From Candidatus Multivorans sp. (GTDB lineage: Bacteria > Acidobacteriota > Thermoanaerobaculia > Multivoradales > Multivoraceae): a stretch of DNA of 64,000 nt. The stretch lies in the NCBI GenBank assembly GCA_965247095.1, contig OZ251997.1:1504001-1568000 (forward strand), in the 5' to 3' direction. Made by a program: the position numbers and the translations under genes. The notes beneath the pieces are model-generated. The model did no database searches. It was given only the letters and a program-made list of their open reading frames with translations, and was not told the origin of the DNA. Below, one piece after another: positions 30,099 through 39,577 of the stretch (position 1 is the stretch's first letter; the number at the start of each line of letters is the position of its first letter).

Positions 30099-30204
30099 CG
30101 CCTCATGATAACGCCACTCGGTACTATCTCGGGAGTCGCCCTACGGGTACATGTCCGGTACTTGAAGATGGGAGTCAAATGAACGAGCCGTATCATCCGA
30201 TCCC

Positions 30205-30834
30205 ATGTGCGGCCGGTACACCCTCCGCTCGAAAGCACGAACCGTAGCCGATCACTTCGAACTCGACGAACTGCCGGACTTGGAGCCCCGATACAACATC
30301 GCGCCGACCCAGGAGGTCACGGTGGTCGGGCTCGACCCCGAAGGCCGGCGCGCCCTGGGGACGATGCGATGGGGATTCCCCCGCCGTCGCGGCGGTCCCC
30401 AGATCAACCTCCGCGACGACACCGCGGTCGAGGCGCCGAAGTTCCGCAGCCTGCTGAGCCGCCGCCGTTGCCTCGTGGTCGCCGACGGCTGGTACGAGTG
30501 GCAACCGCAACCCGACGGCGCCCGCCTTCCCCACTACATCCGCATGCCGGGCGGCGGACCGTTCGGCTTCGCCGGGGTCTGGAACCGGACGCCCGAGGGC
30601 CTTGCCTGCACCATCCTCACCTGCGCCGCCAGCGAGGCGATCGCACCGATCCACGATCGGATGCCGGTCATTGCTCGGCCGCCCTATGCGCACTGGCTGG
30701 ACGGTCCGCTGCAGGATCCAGACGCCCTGAGCGAACATCTCGAGACTTACAACGGCGAACTCGAGTTCTCCCCTGTCTCGAAGCGAGTCGGCAACTACAA
30801 GAATGACGACGCCGAGTTGATCGAGCCGGCCTAG
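30205..30834 (+). CDS. SOS response-associated peptidase (SRAP/HMCES)
   Basis: MCGRY, YNIAPTQ, RRCLV.ADGWYEW, IHDRMPVI. Confidence 0.93.
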   Translation: MCGRYTLRSKARTVADHFELDELPDLEPRYNIAPTQEVTVVGLDPEGRRALGTMRWGFPRRRGGPQINLRDDTAVEAPKFRSLLSRRRCLVVADGWYEWQPQPDGARLPHYIRMPGGGPFGFAGVWNRTPEGLACTILTCAASEAIAPIHDRMPVIARPPYAHWLDGPLQDPDALSEHLETYNGELEFSPVSKRVGNYKNDDAELIEPA

Positions 30835-30847
30835 CCGGCCCTGCGGA

Positions 30848-30879
30848 CCGGATGCGGGCAGGATGCCCGCGTTCCCAGG
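30848..30879 (+). repeat. 32-bp REP-like palindrome, copy 3
   Basis: ccggatgcgggcaggatgcccgcgttcccagg between convergent SRAP and cusA. Confidence 0.85.
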
Positions 30880-30898
30880 ATCCGAGCGGCAGGTCGTC

Positions 30899-33800
30899 CT
30901 AGGGCGGACCCACCGCCTCCTTCCCCAGACCAATCGACCGCCAGAAGAAATAGACCACCGGAAACACGAACGTCACCCCGAGGAACACCGTCACCAATCC
31001 GCCGACCATGGGCGCGGCGATCCGCTTCATCACGTCGGCGCCGGTGCCTGTCGACCACAGGATCGGCACCAGGGCAATGAACGTGGTCAGCACGGTCATC
31101 GTGATCGGTCGGATTCGCCGCACCGCGGCCTCGACGACCGCTTCGCGAAGGTGGGCCAGGTTCTCCATCCTTCCGGCGCTCTTTCGCTCGCCGAAGGCCA
31201 GATCCAGGTAGAGCAGCATCACCGCCCCGGTCTCCGCGGCAAGCCCCGCCAGCGCGATCATCCCCACCCAGACGGCCACGGACCAGTTGTAGTCGAGCCG
31301 GTCCAGCAACCAGACCGATCCGACCAGCGAGAACGGCACCGCCGAAACGATGAACGCGGTCTTTATCACCGAGCGCGTGCTCAGGTAGAGGATCACGAAG
31401 GTCAACACGAGGGTGAGCGGGACGATGAACAGGAAGCGCTCGCGGGCCCGCTCCATGTACTCGTACTGGCCGGACCAGAGGAGCGTGTAGCCGGGAGGCA
31501 GGACGACCTTGTCGGCGACCTCAGCGCGGGCCCGGCGGATCCAGCCGCCGATGTCGGACACGTTGAGATCGACGTAGACCCACGCGTTCGGCCTGGCGCC
31601 TTCCGACTTGATCGAGGGCGGGCCGTCCCGGATCTCGATCGCCGCCACCTGGCCGAGCGGCACCTGGGCGCCGTTCGGCGCCGTCACCAGGATCTGCTTC
31701 ATCGACTCGGGATCGTCGCGCAGTTCCCGCGGATAGCGCACGTTGATCGGGTAGCGCTCCAGTCCTTCGACGGTCCAGGAGACGTTCATGCCGCCGACCG
31801 CGGACTGGATCGTGTCCTGGATGTCGGCGATCCGCAGACCGAAGCGCGCCGCCGCTTCCCGGTCGATGTCGAAGTCCAGGTAGGCGCCGCCCATGACCCG
31901 CTCCGCATACGCCGAAAGCGTGCCGGGCAGCGGCTTGACGACCGCCTCGACCTGCTCGGCGAGGCGCTCCAGCGTCGAGAGATCCGGGCCGCCGAGCTTG
32001 ATCCCGACCGGCGTCTTGATCCCGGTCGACAGCATGTCGATCCGGGTCTTGATCGGCATGGTCCAGGAGTTCGTGACCCCCGGGAACTGAAGCGCCCGAT
32101 CGAGTTCCGCGATCAGGTCGTCGCGGCTCAAGCCGGGGCGCCACTCGTCCTGGTCCTTGAGCACGATCGTCGTCTCGAGCATGGACAGCGGCGCCGGATC
32201 CGTCGCCGTCTCCGCCCGGCCGACCTTGCCGAACACGGACTCGACCTCCGGGAAGCTGCGGATGATCCGGTCCGTCTGCTGGACGATCTCCCTCGCCTTG
32301 CCAATCGACACGCCCGGCAAGGTGGTCGGCATGTAGAGGAGATCGCCCTCCCACAGCGGCGGCATGAACTCCGAGCCGATTCGCCGCAGCGGTACCGTGG
32401 TCGAGCCCAGCACGACGATCAGCAGCACGACGACCAGCCAGCGGAATCGCACGGCGCCGGCCACCAGCGGGCGGTAGACGAAGCGCAGGAACCGGGACAC
32501 CGGATTGCGTCGCTCCGAGACGATCCGACCGCGCACGAGCCAGAACATCAGCACCGGCACGACGGTCACCGCGACCACCGAAGCCATCGCCATCGAGTAG
32601 GTCTTGGTCAGGGCCAGCGGTTTGAACAACCGCCCCTCCTGGGCCTCCAGCGTGAACACCGGCAGGAACGACACCGTGATCACGAGCAGGCTGAAGAACA
32701 GCGTCGGCCCGACTTCCTGCGCGGCGCGCAGAACGATCTCGAAGTGGGATCGCTTCCCCTTGTCCGCCTCGAGGTGGCGATGGACGTTCTCGACCAGGAC
32801 GATCGAAGCGTCGACGAGCACGCCGATCGAGATCGCGATGCCCCCGAGCGACATGATGTTCGAGCCGAGGCCTTGAACACGCATAACCACGAACGCGAGC
32901 AGAACCGAAACCGGAATCGCCAGGATCGGCACCAGCGCCGACCGGAAGTGGAACAGAAAGACGAGGCACACCAGCGCGACGACGATGGACTCCTCGATCA
33001 GAGTGTCGGAGAGCGTAGCGATGGAGCGTTCGATCAGGCCGCTGCGGTCGTAGGCGACCGAGATCTCGACATCGTCCGGCATGCCGCCGGCCAGATCGGC
33101 CAGGCGCTCCTTCACGCGCTCGATCGTGGACCGGGTGTCGGCGCCCGAGCGAACGACGACGATGCCCCCCACCGTCTCGCCCTCGCCGTTCCAGTCGGCC
33201 AGGCCGCGCCGGATCTCCGGTCCGATCGTCACATTGGCGACATCGCGGAGCAGGATGGGTACGCCGCCTGGGCCGGCCGAGAGGACGATCGTCTCCAGGT
33301 CCCGCACTTCTCGCACGTAGCCGCGCCCCCTCACCATGTACTCGCGCTCCGCCATCTCGATCAGGCGTCCCCCGACATCCGCGTTCGACTCCTGGATCGC
33401 CCGCCGCACGACCGGTAGAGACAGACCGTAGGCCCGGAGGCGAATGGGATCCACCTCGACCTGGTACTGGCGCACGAAGCCTCCGATCGAGGCGACTTCG
33501 GACACCCCTTCGACCGCCAGCAGGCTGTACTTCAGGTACCAGTCCTGGAGCGAGCGGAGTTCCGCCAGCGACCGCGAGTCCGAGTTGAGCACGTACATGA
33601 AGGCCCAGCCCACGCCGGTGGCGTCCGGACCGAGCTGCGGCGACACGCCTTGCGGCAACCTGTTCCCGAGCCCCGCCACGGACTCGAGCACCCGCGAGCG
33701 CGCCCAGTAGAGGTCCGTCCCGTCCTCGAAGATCACGTAGACGAAGGAGAAGCCGAAGAACGAGTAGCCGCGGACGACCTTGGCGTAGGGCACCGACAGC

Positions 33801-34018
33801 ATCGTCGAGGTGATCGGGTACGTCACCTGGTCCTCGACGACCTGGGGCGCCTGCCCCGGGAACTCGGTGTAGAGGATCACCTGCACGTCCGAGAGGTCGG
33901 GAATCGCGTCGATGCGCGTCGTCCTCACCGACCACACGCCTGCGGCCACGGCCAGCACCAGCCCCGCCGCAACCAGCAACTGGTTGCGGAGCGACCACTC
34001 GATGACGCGGTTCAGCAT
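30899..34018 (-). CDS. cusA: CusA-type Cu(I)/Ag(I) RND efflux pump
   Basis: DAIPDLSDVQVI, GPDATGVGW, EFMPP..EGDLLYMP, DPAPLSMLET, MPIKTRIDML. Confidence 0.95.
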   Translation of the reverse strand: MLNRVIEWSLRNQLLVAAGLVLAVAAGVWSVRTTRIDAIPDLSDVQVILYTEFPGQAPQVVEDQVTYPITSTMLSVPYAKVVRGYSFFGFSFVYVIFEDGTDLYWARSRVLESVAGLGNRLPQGVSPQLGPDATGVGWAFMYVLNSDSRSLAELRSLQDWYLKYSLLAVEGVSEVASIGGFVRQYQVEVDPIRLRAYGLSLPVVRRAIQESNADVGGRLIEMAEREYMVRGRGYVREVRDLETIVLSAGPGGVPILLRDVANVTIGPEIRRGLADWNGEGETVGGIVVVRSGADTRSTIERVKERLADLAGGMPDDVEISVAYDRSGLIERSIATLSDTLIEESIVVALVCLVFLFHFRSALVPILAIPVSVLLAFVVMRVQGLGSNIMSLGGIAISIGVLVDASIVLVENVHRHLEADKGKRSHFEIVLRAAQEVGPTLFFSLLVITVSFLPVFTLEAQEGRLFKPLALTKTYSMAMASVVAVTVVPVLMFWLVRGRIVSERRNPVSRFLRFVYRPLVAGAVRFRWLVVVLLIVVLGSTTVPLRRIGSEFMPPLWEGDLLYMPTTLPGVSIGKAREIVQQTDRIIRSFPEVESVFGKVGRAETATDPAPLSMLETTIVLKDQDEWRPGLSRDDLIAELDRALQFPGVTNSWTMPIKTRIDMLSTGIKTPVGIKLGGPDLSTLERLAEQVEAVVKPLPGTLSAYAERVMGGAYLDFDIDREAAARFGLRIADIQDTIQSAVGGMNVSWTVEGLERYPINVRYPRELRDDPESMKQILVTAPNGAQVPLGQVAAIEIRDGPPSIKSEGARPNAWVYVDLNVSDIGGWIRRARAEVADKVVLPPGYTLLWSGQYEYMERARERFLFIVPLTLVLTFVILYLSTRSVIKTAFIVSAVPFSLVGSVWLLDRLDYNWSVAVWVGMIALAGLAAETGAVMLLYLDLAFGERKSAGRMENLAHLREAVVEAAVRRIRPITMTVLTTFIALVPILWSTGTGADVMKRIAAPMVGGLVTVFLGVTFVFPVVYFFWRSIGLGKEAVGPP

Positions 34019-34022
34019 CGGA

Positions 34023-35468
34023 TCACCCGCCGTCGTCCCCGTGGCTCATATCGCCGCCCTCTTGGCCCATCTCACCCATGTCGTTGCCCTCGTGGGCGCC
34101 GCCTGACGCCGCCGCCGCGTCGACCATCTTCTGCACCGCCGCCCGCAGTCTGGACTCCGAGTCGAGCAGAAACTGCGACGAGGTGACGACTTCGTCTCCG
34201 GCCGAAAGACCCGAACGGACCTCAGCGAGCCCTTCCGAGGTCTGGCCCAGCTCGACTTCGCGGGGCTCGAACCGGCCGCCGCCCAGCGCCACGATGACGA
34301 CGTTCCGGCGGCCGGTCCGCAGCACCGATTCGGTCGGTACGGTCAACGCCCCCCTGACCAGGACCGGGTCGAAGATGACGGTCGCGAACATCCCCTTCCG
34401 CAAGCGGCCCTCCGGATTGGGCACCGCGATCTTCACCGTCAGGGTCCGCGTCTGTTCCGACATCTCGGGCTCGATGAACTCGACCGTGCCGCGGATCGTC
34501 TCGCCCGGGAAGTAGGTGAAAGCCACCTCCGCCTCGACGCCCGGACGGATCCAGACCACCTGATCCTCGAACACCTCGACCGATAGCCACAGGGACGTGA
34601 TGTCGGCGATGTGGTACGCCTCCATGCCGGGCGTCACCGCCATCCCCTCGAGCCCCGGCATGCGTCTCATCACCAAACCCCCCGCCGGTGCGGTCACCGT
34701 CAGCGTCCGGAAGATCTCGCCCGTCTCCTCCAGGCGCGCGATCTGATCGGGCGAGATGTCCCAGAAGGCGAGCCGCGCCCGCGCCGCCGCCACCAGCGCC
34801 TCGGCCCGAAGCCGGGCATCATCCGCACCGTCCCCGAACCTGGACGCGTAGCGAATAGCCGAGAGCAACTCCTGTTCGGTCTGGACCAGCTCCGGCGAGT
34901 AGACCTCGAACAGCCCGGCGCCCTCGGCCACCGGCTCGCCGACGTGGTTCACGTAGACCTTCTCGATCCACCCGTCGTACTTCGTGGTCACGGTGACCAT
35001 CCGCTCCTGGTCGTACTCGAGATAGCCGACCGTCCGGATCTCGTGCCGGAGGTCCCGCCGCGTCGCCGTCTCTGTCCGGACGTTCATGTTCTGGACCACG
35101 ACCGGATCGATCACCACCGTCGCTCCCGCACCGATCGCACGCTCCGCCTCGTCCGCATAGACCGGCAGGTAGTCCATTCCCATCTCGTCCCTGGCCGGCA
35201 CCGGCGAGCTGATCGTCGGATCCATCGGATTGCGGTAGAAGAGAATCTCCCGCTCACCTCCGACAGCCGACCGCTCCTCGCCCGAGGCGGCGCTCGCCAT
35301 CGGCCCCGCGTGGTAGCCGACCGTCCGCTGCAGCCAGGTGTCCACCGGGTGAACGCCCAGCGGATCGAAGAACAGGACGTAGAAGGCCGCGAAACTCCCC
35401 GCGACCCAGGCGGCGCCGCGCACCAGCGCCTGAAACGACACGCCGGAACCGTTCGTCTTGTTCGTCAT
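34023..35468 (-). CDS. cusB: CusB-type RND periplasmic adaptor
   Basis: YRNPMDP..D.MGMDY.PVY metal-binding motif, YSPEL, SQFLLDSES; Met/His-rich tail. Confidence 0.9.
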   Translation of the reverse strand: MTNKTNGSGVSFQALVRGAAWVAGSFAAFYVLFFDPLGVHPVDTWLQRTVGYHAGPMASAASGEERSAVGGEREILFYRNPMDPTISSPVPARDEMGMDYLPVYADEAERAIGAGATVVIDPVVVQNMNVRTETATRRDLRHEIRTVGYLEYDQERMVTVTTKYDGWIEKVYVNHVGEPVAEGAGLFEVYSPELVQTEQELLSAIRYASRFGDGADDARLRAEALVAAARARLAFWDISPDQIARLEETGEIFRTLTVTAPAGGLVMRRMPGLEGMAVTPGMEAYHIADITSLWLSVEVFEDQVVWIRPGVEAEVAFTYFPGETIRGTVEFIEPEMSEQTRTLTVKIAVPNPEGRLRKGMFATVIFDPVLVRGALTVPTESVLRTGRRNVVIVALGGGRFEPREVELGQTSEGLAEVRSGLSAGDEVVTSSQFLLDSESRLRAAVQKMVDAAAASGGAHEGNDMGEMGQEGGDMSHGDDGG

Positions 35469-36847
35469 CTCGCTGCCCCTCCGTTCCTTGCCAGCGCCGG
35501 CAGGGGCCTCCCGACCGCCCCCTCCAGCTCCGCGAGACCGATCAGGTAGTCCGCCCTCGCCCTGTCGGCCGCCGTCCGCGCCTCGAACAGAACATGCACG
35601 GCGTCGAACAGGTCGAGCGTGTTCAGGGCGCCGGCGATGTAGCCCCCCTCCGCCGATTGGAGAGCCTCCTCCGCCTGGACGATCAGCAGATCCTCGAGCA
35701 GACGCAGGCGCCTCCAGGCTAGAGGCAGCCGCTGCACCAGCTCGCCCACCTCTGTTTCGATCGCAAGCTCCGCACCGCGCCTCTCATCGACCGCGTGGGA
35801 CCGCAGGTCGAGAGCTTCCTGCACCGCCGCGGCCCGGCGCCGGCGGCGGACCGGCAGCGTGACGCCGCCGCGAACCCCGAACACGTCGTTGCCGTTGCCT
35901 GCCGGGGCCAGGAGTCGTGCAGCCTCGTCGCCCCGTGGCGTCACCAGCGTGTAGGTGACCCCGACGGTGAAGTCGGGTCTGCGCGCCATCCGCGCCAGCC
36001 GCTCCAGCACCTCAGCCTGGGCAAGTCCGGCGCCGGCGGCCCGCAACTCGGGCCGCGACGACCGCGCGAGAGCCAGCAGTCCCTCAGTCGCCGGCCTGAG
36101 TTCTTCGATTGTTCGCGCCATGCGCCCTCTGGCCACCGGCGCAACGGCCGGCCGGTCGCGTAGGGAGTTCAGCCGAGCGCGGAGAGCGGCCTCGCGGAGA
36201 TCCAGGTCCACCAGGGCCCGCTCCGCGCGGGTGATCTCTGCCTGCAGCTTGAGGACCGCCTGGGTCGAACCCACGCCGGTCGCGTACCGGGACTGGGCGA
36301 TCTCCTCGTGCTGGATCAGATGCTCCAGGAAGGTCGCCGCAACCTCCCGCGACCGGTCCAGGAAGGCCAACTCGTGGTAGAGCCGCCTGACTTCGGTGAC
36401 CAGGCGGAGCCGTCCCGCCTCCACCTCGTGTTCCAGGACGACCGCACCTTCGACGGCCGCGGCCTCCAGCAGATCGAGCTTTGCCAGCCACGGCAGGGCC
36501 TGGCTGAAGCTGAGCATGAGACGCTGAGAGCCGACGCGGGTCTCAGGCGGCAGCAGAAAGGCCGTCGCTTCGGCCGTCGGATCCGGCAGCGAGGCGACCT
36601 GGGGCGCCTTCTGCGCCGCCGCCCGCGCCCGGGCGAAGCCGGCTCGAATAGCCGGATTTCGGTCCAGCGCCTCCGCGACCAGGGCACGCAGCAGCGGTTC
36701 CCGGATCCCCTCCGCGACCAGGTCGGCCGCTGTCGGCGCCGGAGCTTCGGTCAGGTGGCGCTGCTGATCGGTTTCGGCCGCCAATGGTCGCGCGGTCGCC
36801 GCCGCGATCAGAACGACGGCAAGCAGGCAAGGCGTTGATCGATGCAT
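35465..36847 (-). CDS. TolC-family outer membrane factor (CusC-like)
   Basis: EALDRNP, LPDP, SQALPW, PDFTVG; in operon with cusBA. Confidence 0.9.
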   Translation of the reverse strand: MHRSTPCLLAVVLIAAATARPLAAETDQQRHLTEAPAPTAADLVAEGIREPLLRALVAEALDRNPAIRAGFARARAAAQKAPQVASLPDPTAEATAFLLPPETRVGSQRLMLSFSQALPWLAKLDLLEAAAVEGAVVLEHEVEAGRLRLVTEVRRLYHELAFLDRSREVAATFLEHLIQHEEIAQSRYATGVGSTQAVLKLQAEITRAERALVDLDLREAALRARLNSLRDRPAVAPVARGRMARTIEELRPATEGLLALARSSRPELRAAGAGLAQAEVLERLARMARRPDFTVGVTYTLVTPRGDEAARLLAPAGNGNDVFGVRGGVTLPVRRRRRAAAVQEALDLRSHAVDERRGAELAIETEVGELVQRLPLAWRRLRLLEDLLIVQAEEALQSAEGGYIAGALNTLDLFDAVHVLFEARTAADRARADYLIGLAELEGAVGRPLPALARNGGAAR

Positions 36848-36925
36848 CTGAATCCCCCGCAGAAACGTGTTCCCTGCGACCGCCTTCCCTCAGAAGACGA
36901 CCGCTCGACTCGCTTCAGCGGAGGA

Positions 36926-37291
36926 TCAGAGCAACAGCGCCGAGAACAGCGTGTAGCGCGGAACGGTCGGCGGCGGATCGGCGTCGCAGGCGTGGACCGC
37001 GGCCTCGAGACTGTCGGCGGCAGGCGTGTCCAACCCGCAATGGGACAGCGCAGGCGGGTCGATGTCGCCGGCAGAGCCGGACAGGATCGCCTTGGCTGAC
37101 GGAGGCGCCGATTCGGCGCTGCAGCAGGCCGACATCAGCATCTTGCCGTGCCCGCAGGACGCCATCTCGTGCGTCTGCTGCATCTCGCACGGATCCTCCG
37201 GCGCAACGAGCGAGACGCACATTCCCGCCACCGGGGCGGCCAGGACCGCCAGTGCCAGGAACGCCGAGATGAGCCGGAAAGCGCTGCGCAT
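36926..37291 (-). CDS. Small exported Cys/Met/His-rich protein heading the cus operon
   Basis: Signal-like N-terminus; C..M..H.M..C.H..M.M..CC; C-terminal PPPTVPRYTLFSALLL. Confidence 0.7.
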   Translation of the reverse strand: MRSAFRLISAFLALAVLAAPVAGMCVSLVAPEDPCEMQQTHEMASCGHGKMLMSACCSAESAPPSAKAILSGSAGDIDPPALSHCGLDTPAADSLEAAVHACDADPPPTVPRYTLFSALLL

Positions 37292-37390
37292 CGTGACCAC
37301 TCTACACCCCCAACCCTTCCGCGGCCTGAAATACTCCGGCAATCCGCTCCAACCCCTAAGCCCCGTTCACAACGCAACGCCGGAGATCAG

Positions 37391-38479
37391 ATGATCCGCT
37401 TCCCCGCCTTTTCCCGCCGCAGCTTCCTGCAAACGACGACCGGCCTGGCCGGTGCCCTGGCCCTGCCCCGCATCGCCCTGGGCGCCGAAGTCCGGCCGGC
37501 GCCCGGCATGCCCGCGCCCCGCTTCGTGCTGACGAACGGCATCCGCATGGCGGTCTACGAGCAGGGCTCGGGCGTCCCCGTGGTGTTCTGCCACGGCTTC
37601 CCCGAGCTCGCCTTCTCCTGGCGCTTCCAGCTTCCGGCGCTCGCCGACGCCGGGTTCCGCGCCATCGCCCCCGATCAACGCGGCTACGGACTGACCGACC
37701 GGCCCGACGACGTGACGGACTACAGCCTGAGGCACCTCTGCGACGACATGGCGGGGATGCTCGACGCACTCGAGATCGAAAAGGCGGTCTTCTGCGGCCA
37801 CGACTGGGGCGGCGGCGTGGTGTGGATGATGGCGCGCCTGCACCCGGACCGCTGCCTCGGCATCGTCGGCGTGAACACTCCGGGCGGACGACCCCCGGGC
37901 ATGCCGCGCAGCCAACCGCCCGAGGAACCGATCATCGTGAGGAGTGAGAACTACTACACGATCCAGTTCCAGGAACCGGGCCGGGCCGAGAAGGCGCTGT
38001 CTGCCGACGTGCGCAAGTCGTTCCAGATGCTCCTGCGCCGCGGCTACATATGGGACGTCGAGGCCTTCAAGGCGATGCCGGAGGACTCTCCCGAGCGGCA
38101 GATGGATCTGCTCCGCATGCTCGAGCGAGACGACTACCCCGGCGAGGTGTTCCTGTCGGAGGAGGCCCTGGACTACTTCACCGAGACTTTCGAGACCACC
38201 GGCTTCACCGGCGGCCTGAACTGGTACCGCATGGCGGGCCGTGCCTTGCCGGGGATCGAGAACGCCAAGTGGGAGATCGACGTGCCGTGCCTCTACGTCG
38301 GCGCCGAGAACGACGTCATCCTGCGGCCCTCCTCAGCCGACGGCATGGAGGACTTCATCGACGACTTCGAGAAGTACACGGTTGCGGACTGCGGCCACTG
38401 GACGCAGCAGGAGAAGCCCGAGGAGACGAACCGGGTGCTGATCGACTGGCTGCGACGGAAGATCGCTAAGACCGCGTAG
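37391..38479 (+). CDS. Alpha/beta hydrolase, epoxide hydrolase-like, with Tat signal
   Basis: SRRSFL; HGFPE, PDQRGYG, GHDWGG, LNWYR, GHWTQQE. Confidence 0.9.
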   Translation: MIRFPAFSRRSFLQTTTGLAGALALPRIALGAEVRPAPGMPAPRFVLTNGIRMAVYEQGSGVPVVFCHGFPELAFSWRFQLPALADAGFRAIAPDQRGYGLTDRPDDVTDYSLRHLCDDMAGMLDALEIEKAVFCGHDWGGGVVWMMARLHPDRCLGIVGVNTPGGRPPGMPRSQPPEEPIIVRSENYYTIQFQEPGRAEKALSADVRKSFQMLLRRGYIWDVEAFKAMPEDSPERQMDLLRMLERDDYPGEVFLSEEALDYFTETFETTGFTGGLNWYRMAGRALPGIENAKWEIDVPCLYVGAENDVILRPSSADGMEDFIDDFEKYTVADCGHWTQQEKPEETNRVLIDWLRRKIAKTA

Positions 38480-38503
38480 CGCCCACTCGAGCGGCGGCCG
38501 CCG

Positions 38504-39472
38504 TTACTCCCCGATCCGCTCCCAGACCAGCGAGTCCTGGACCATGCGTCCGTCCACTTCCCGGGCCGGTGGCTGGAGCGTCAGCGTTCGCTCTCCGAAC
38601 TCGTAGGAGCGCTGAGCATCCGTGTCCATGCAGCTCGGGAACCAGCAGCCCAGCCGGTGGTGAACGATGTAGCCGTCGTCGGCGTGGATCGTGTACGGAC
38701 CGAAGTAGCTGATGTAGGTGCGGATCGAGGAGGCCGCCTCCTCGGCGGTCGGGCGCGGGCCGGCGAAGGGCTGACGCTCCGGCCGCACCAGGTGCACGGC
38801 CATGTGCCCGGACGCTGTGTAGATGATGAAGCCGTCCTCAAAGGTCCGTTCAACAGTCTCTGCTTCTCCCGCTTCGTCCCGCCGTTCCAGCCGGTCGAAA
38901 TGCCAGAAGCCGATGAAGCGCCGGTGTTCGTCGGTGAGTTCGGCGAGGTCCGGCAGCTTTCGCCAGGTCAGCCGAACCGTCCCGCCGTCCGTGCCGGCAG
39001 GCGGCTGCAGCGTCAGCAGGTCCTCGGCGAACTCGTAGTTGCGAACGTAGTCCGAGCCCGCGGCGTTCGGATTCATGCTCGACCGTAGGTGGTGGGTGAC
39101 GGCGCCTGCTTCCGGATCCACCGTGAAGGCCCCGAAGTACGCCGTGTAAGACCGGTAGGCGGCAAGCCGTTCTTCCGGCGTCGCACGAGTTCCCGGGGTG
39201 GCGGCCTGACGGTCGGCGCCCTGGATCACGACCCCCATGGCGCCCGCCGGGTCGTACATGATGAAGCCGGTCGACTCCTCGTTGCGCGACAACTCCTCGC
39301 CGTCCGCCGAGTGGCGCACGATCGATACGAGTTCCCAGGCGCCGTGGAGCGCCGTGGCCGGATCTTCGGCACCAGACGAGGCCGGCGTTCCCTCTTCGTT
39401 CGCGGCCGAGCCGCCGCAGGCTGAGAGCAGCAGCAGGCACGCACCGGCGAAAGCAGTCAGAGTCGAAGGTAT
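38504..39472 (-). CDS. Lipoprotein with tandem lipocalin-like (Lipocalin_5) domains
   Basis: Two repeats of G.W...G.I.Y...G.M.V...Y..YFG.YT..V.HH...R.YEF..LTL. Frame extends to lipobox LSAC and an ATA codon at 39472. Confidence 0.8.
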   Translation of the reverse strand: MPSTLTAFAGACLLLLSACGGSAANEEGTPASSGAEDPATALHGAWELVSIVRHSADGEELSRNEESTGFIMYDPAGAMGVVIQGADRQAATPGTRATPEERLAAYRSYTAYFGAFTVDPEAGAVTHHLRSSMNPNAAGSDYVRNYEFAEDLLTLQPPAGTDGGTVRLTWRKLPDLAELTDEHRRFIGFWHFDRLERRDEAGEAETVERTFEDGFIIYTASGHMAVHLVRPERQPFAGPRPTAEEAASSIRTYISYFGPYTIHADDGYIVHHRLGCWFPSCMDTDAQRSYEFGERTLTLQPPAREVDGRMVQDSLVWERIGE

Positions 39473-39577
39473 CTCCGTTCTCCTCGATTCAAGGGCTCCA
39501 GGTTGGGGGGGCCACCGCTTCAGCTCCGGCGGTCCTAAACGAGCAATTTCCGGCCAGATTCCTTCGTCGACCAGAGA

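Noticed and set aside
30147-30161. GTAC-N7-GTAC as a possible LexA box upstream of SRAP
   Set aside because: Both halves deviate from GTTC-N7-GTTC and the host LexA motif is unknown.
30863-33418. Long antisense or alternate-frame ORFs (851 aa here; also 6195-8309, 21963-24161, 31521-33998 and others)
   Set aside because: Shadow ORFs expected in high-GC DNA opposite well-supported genes; no motifs.
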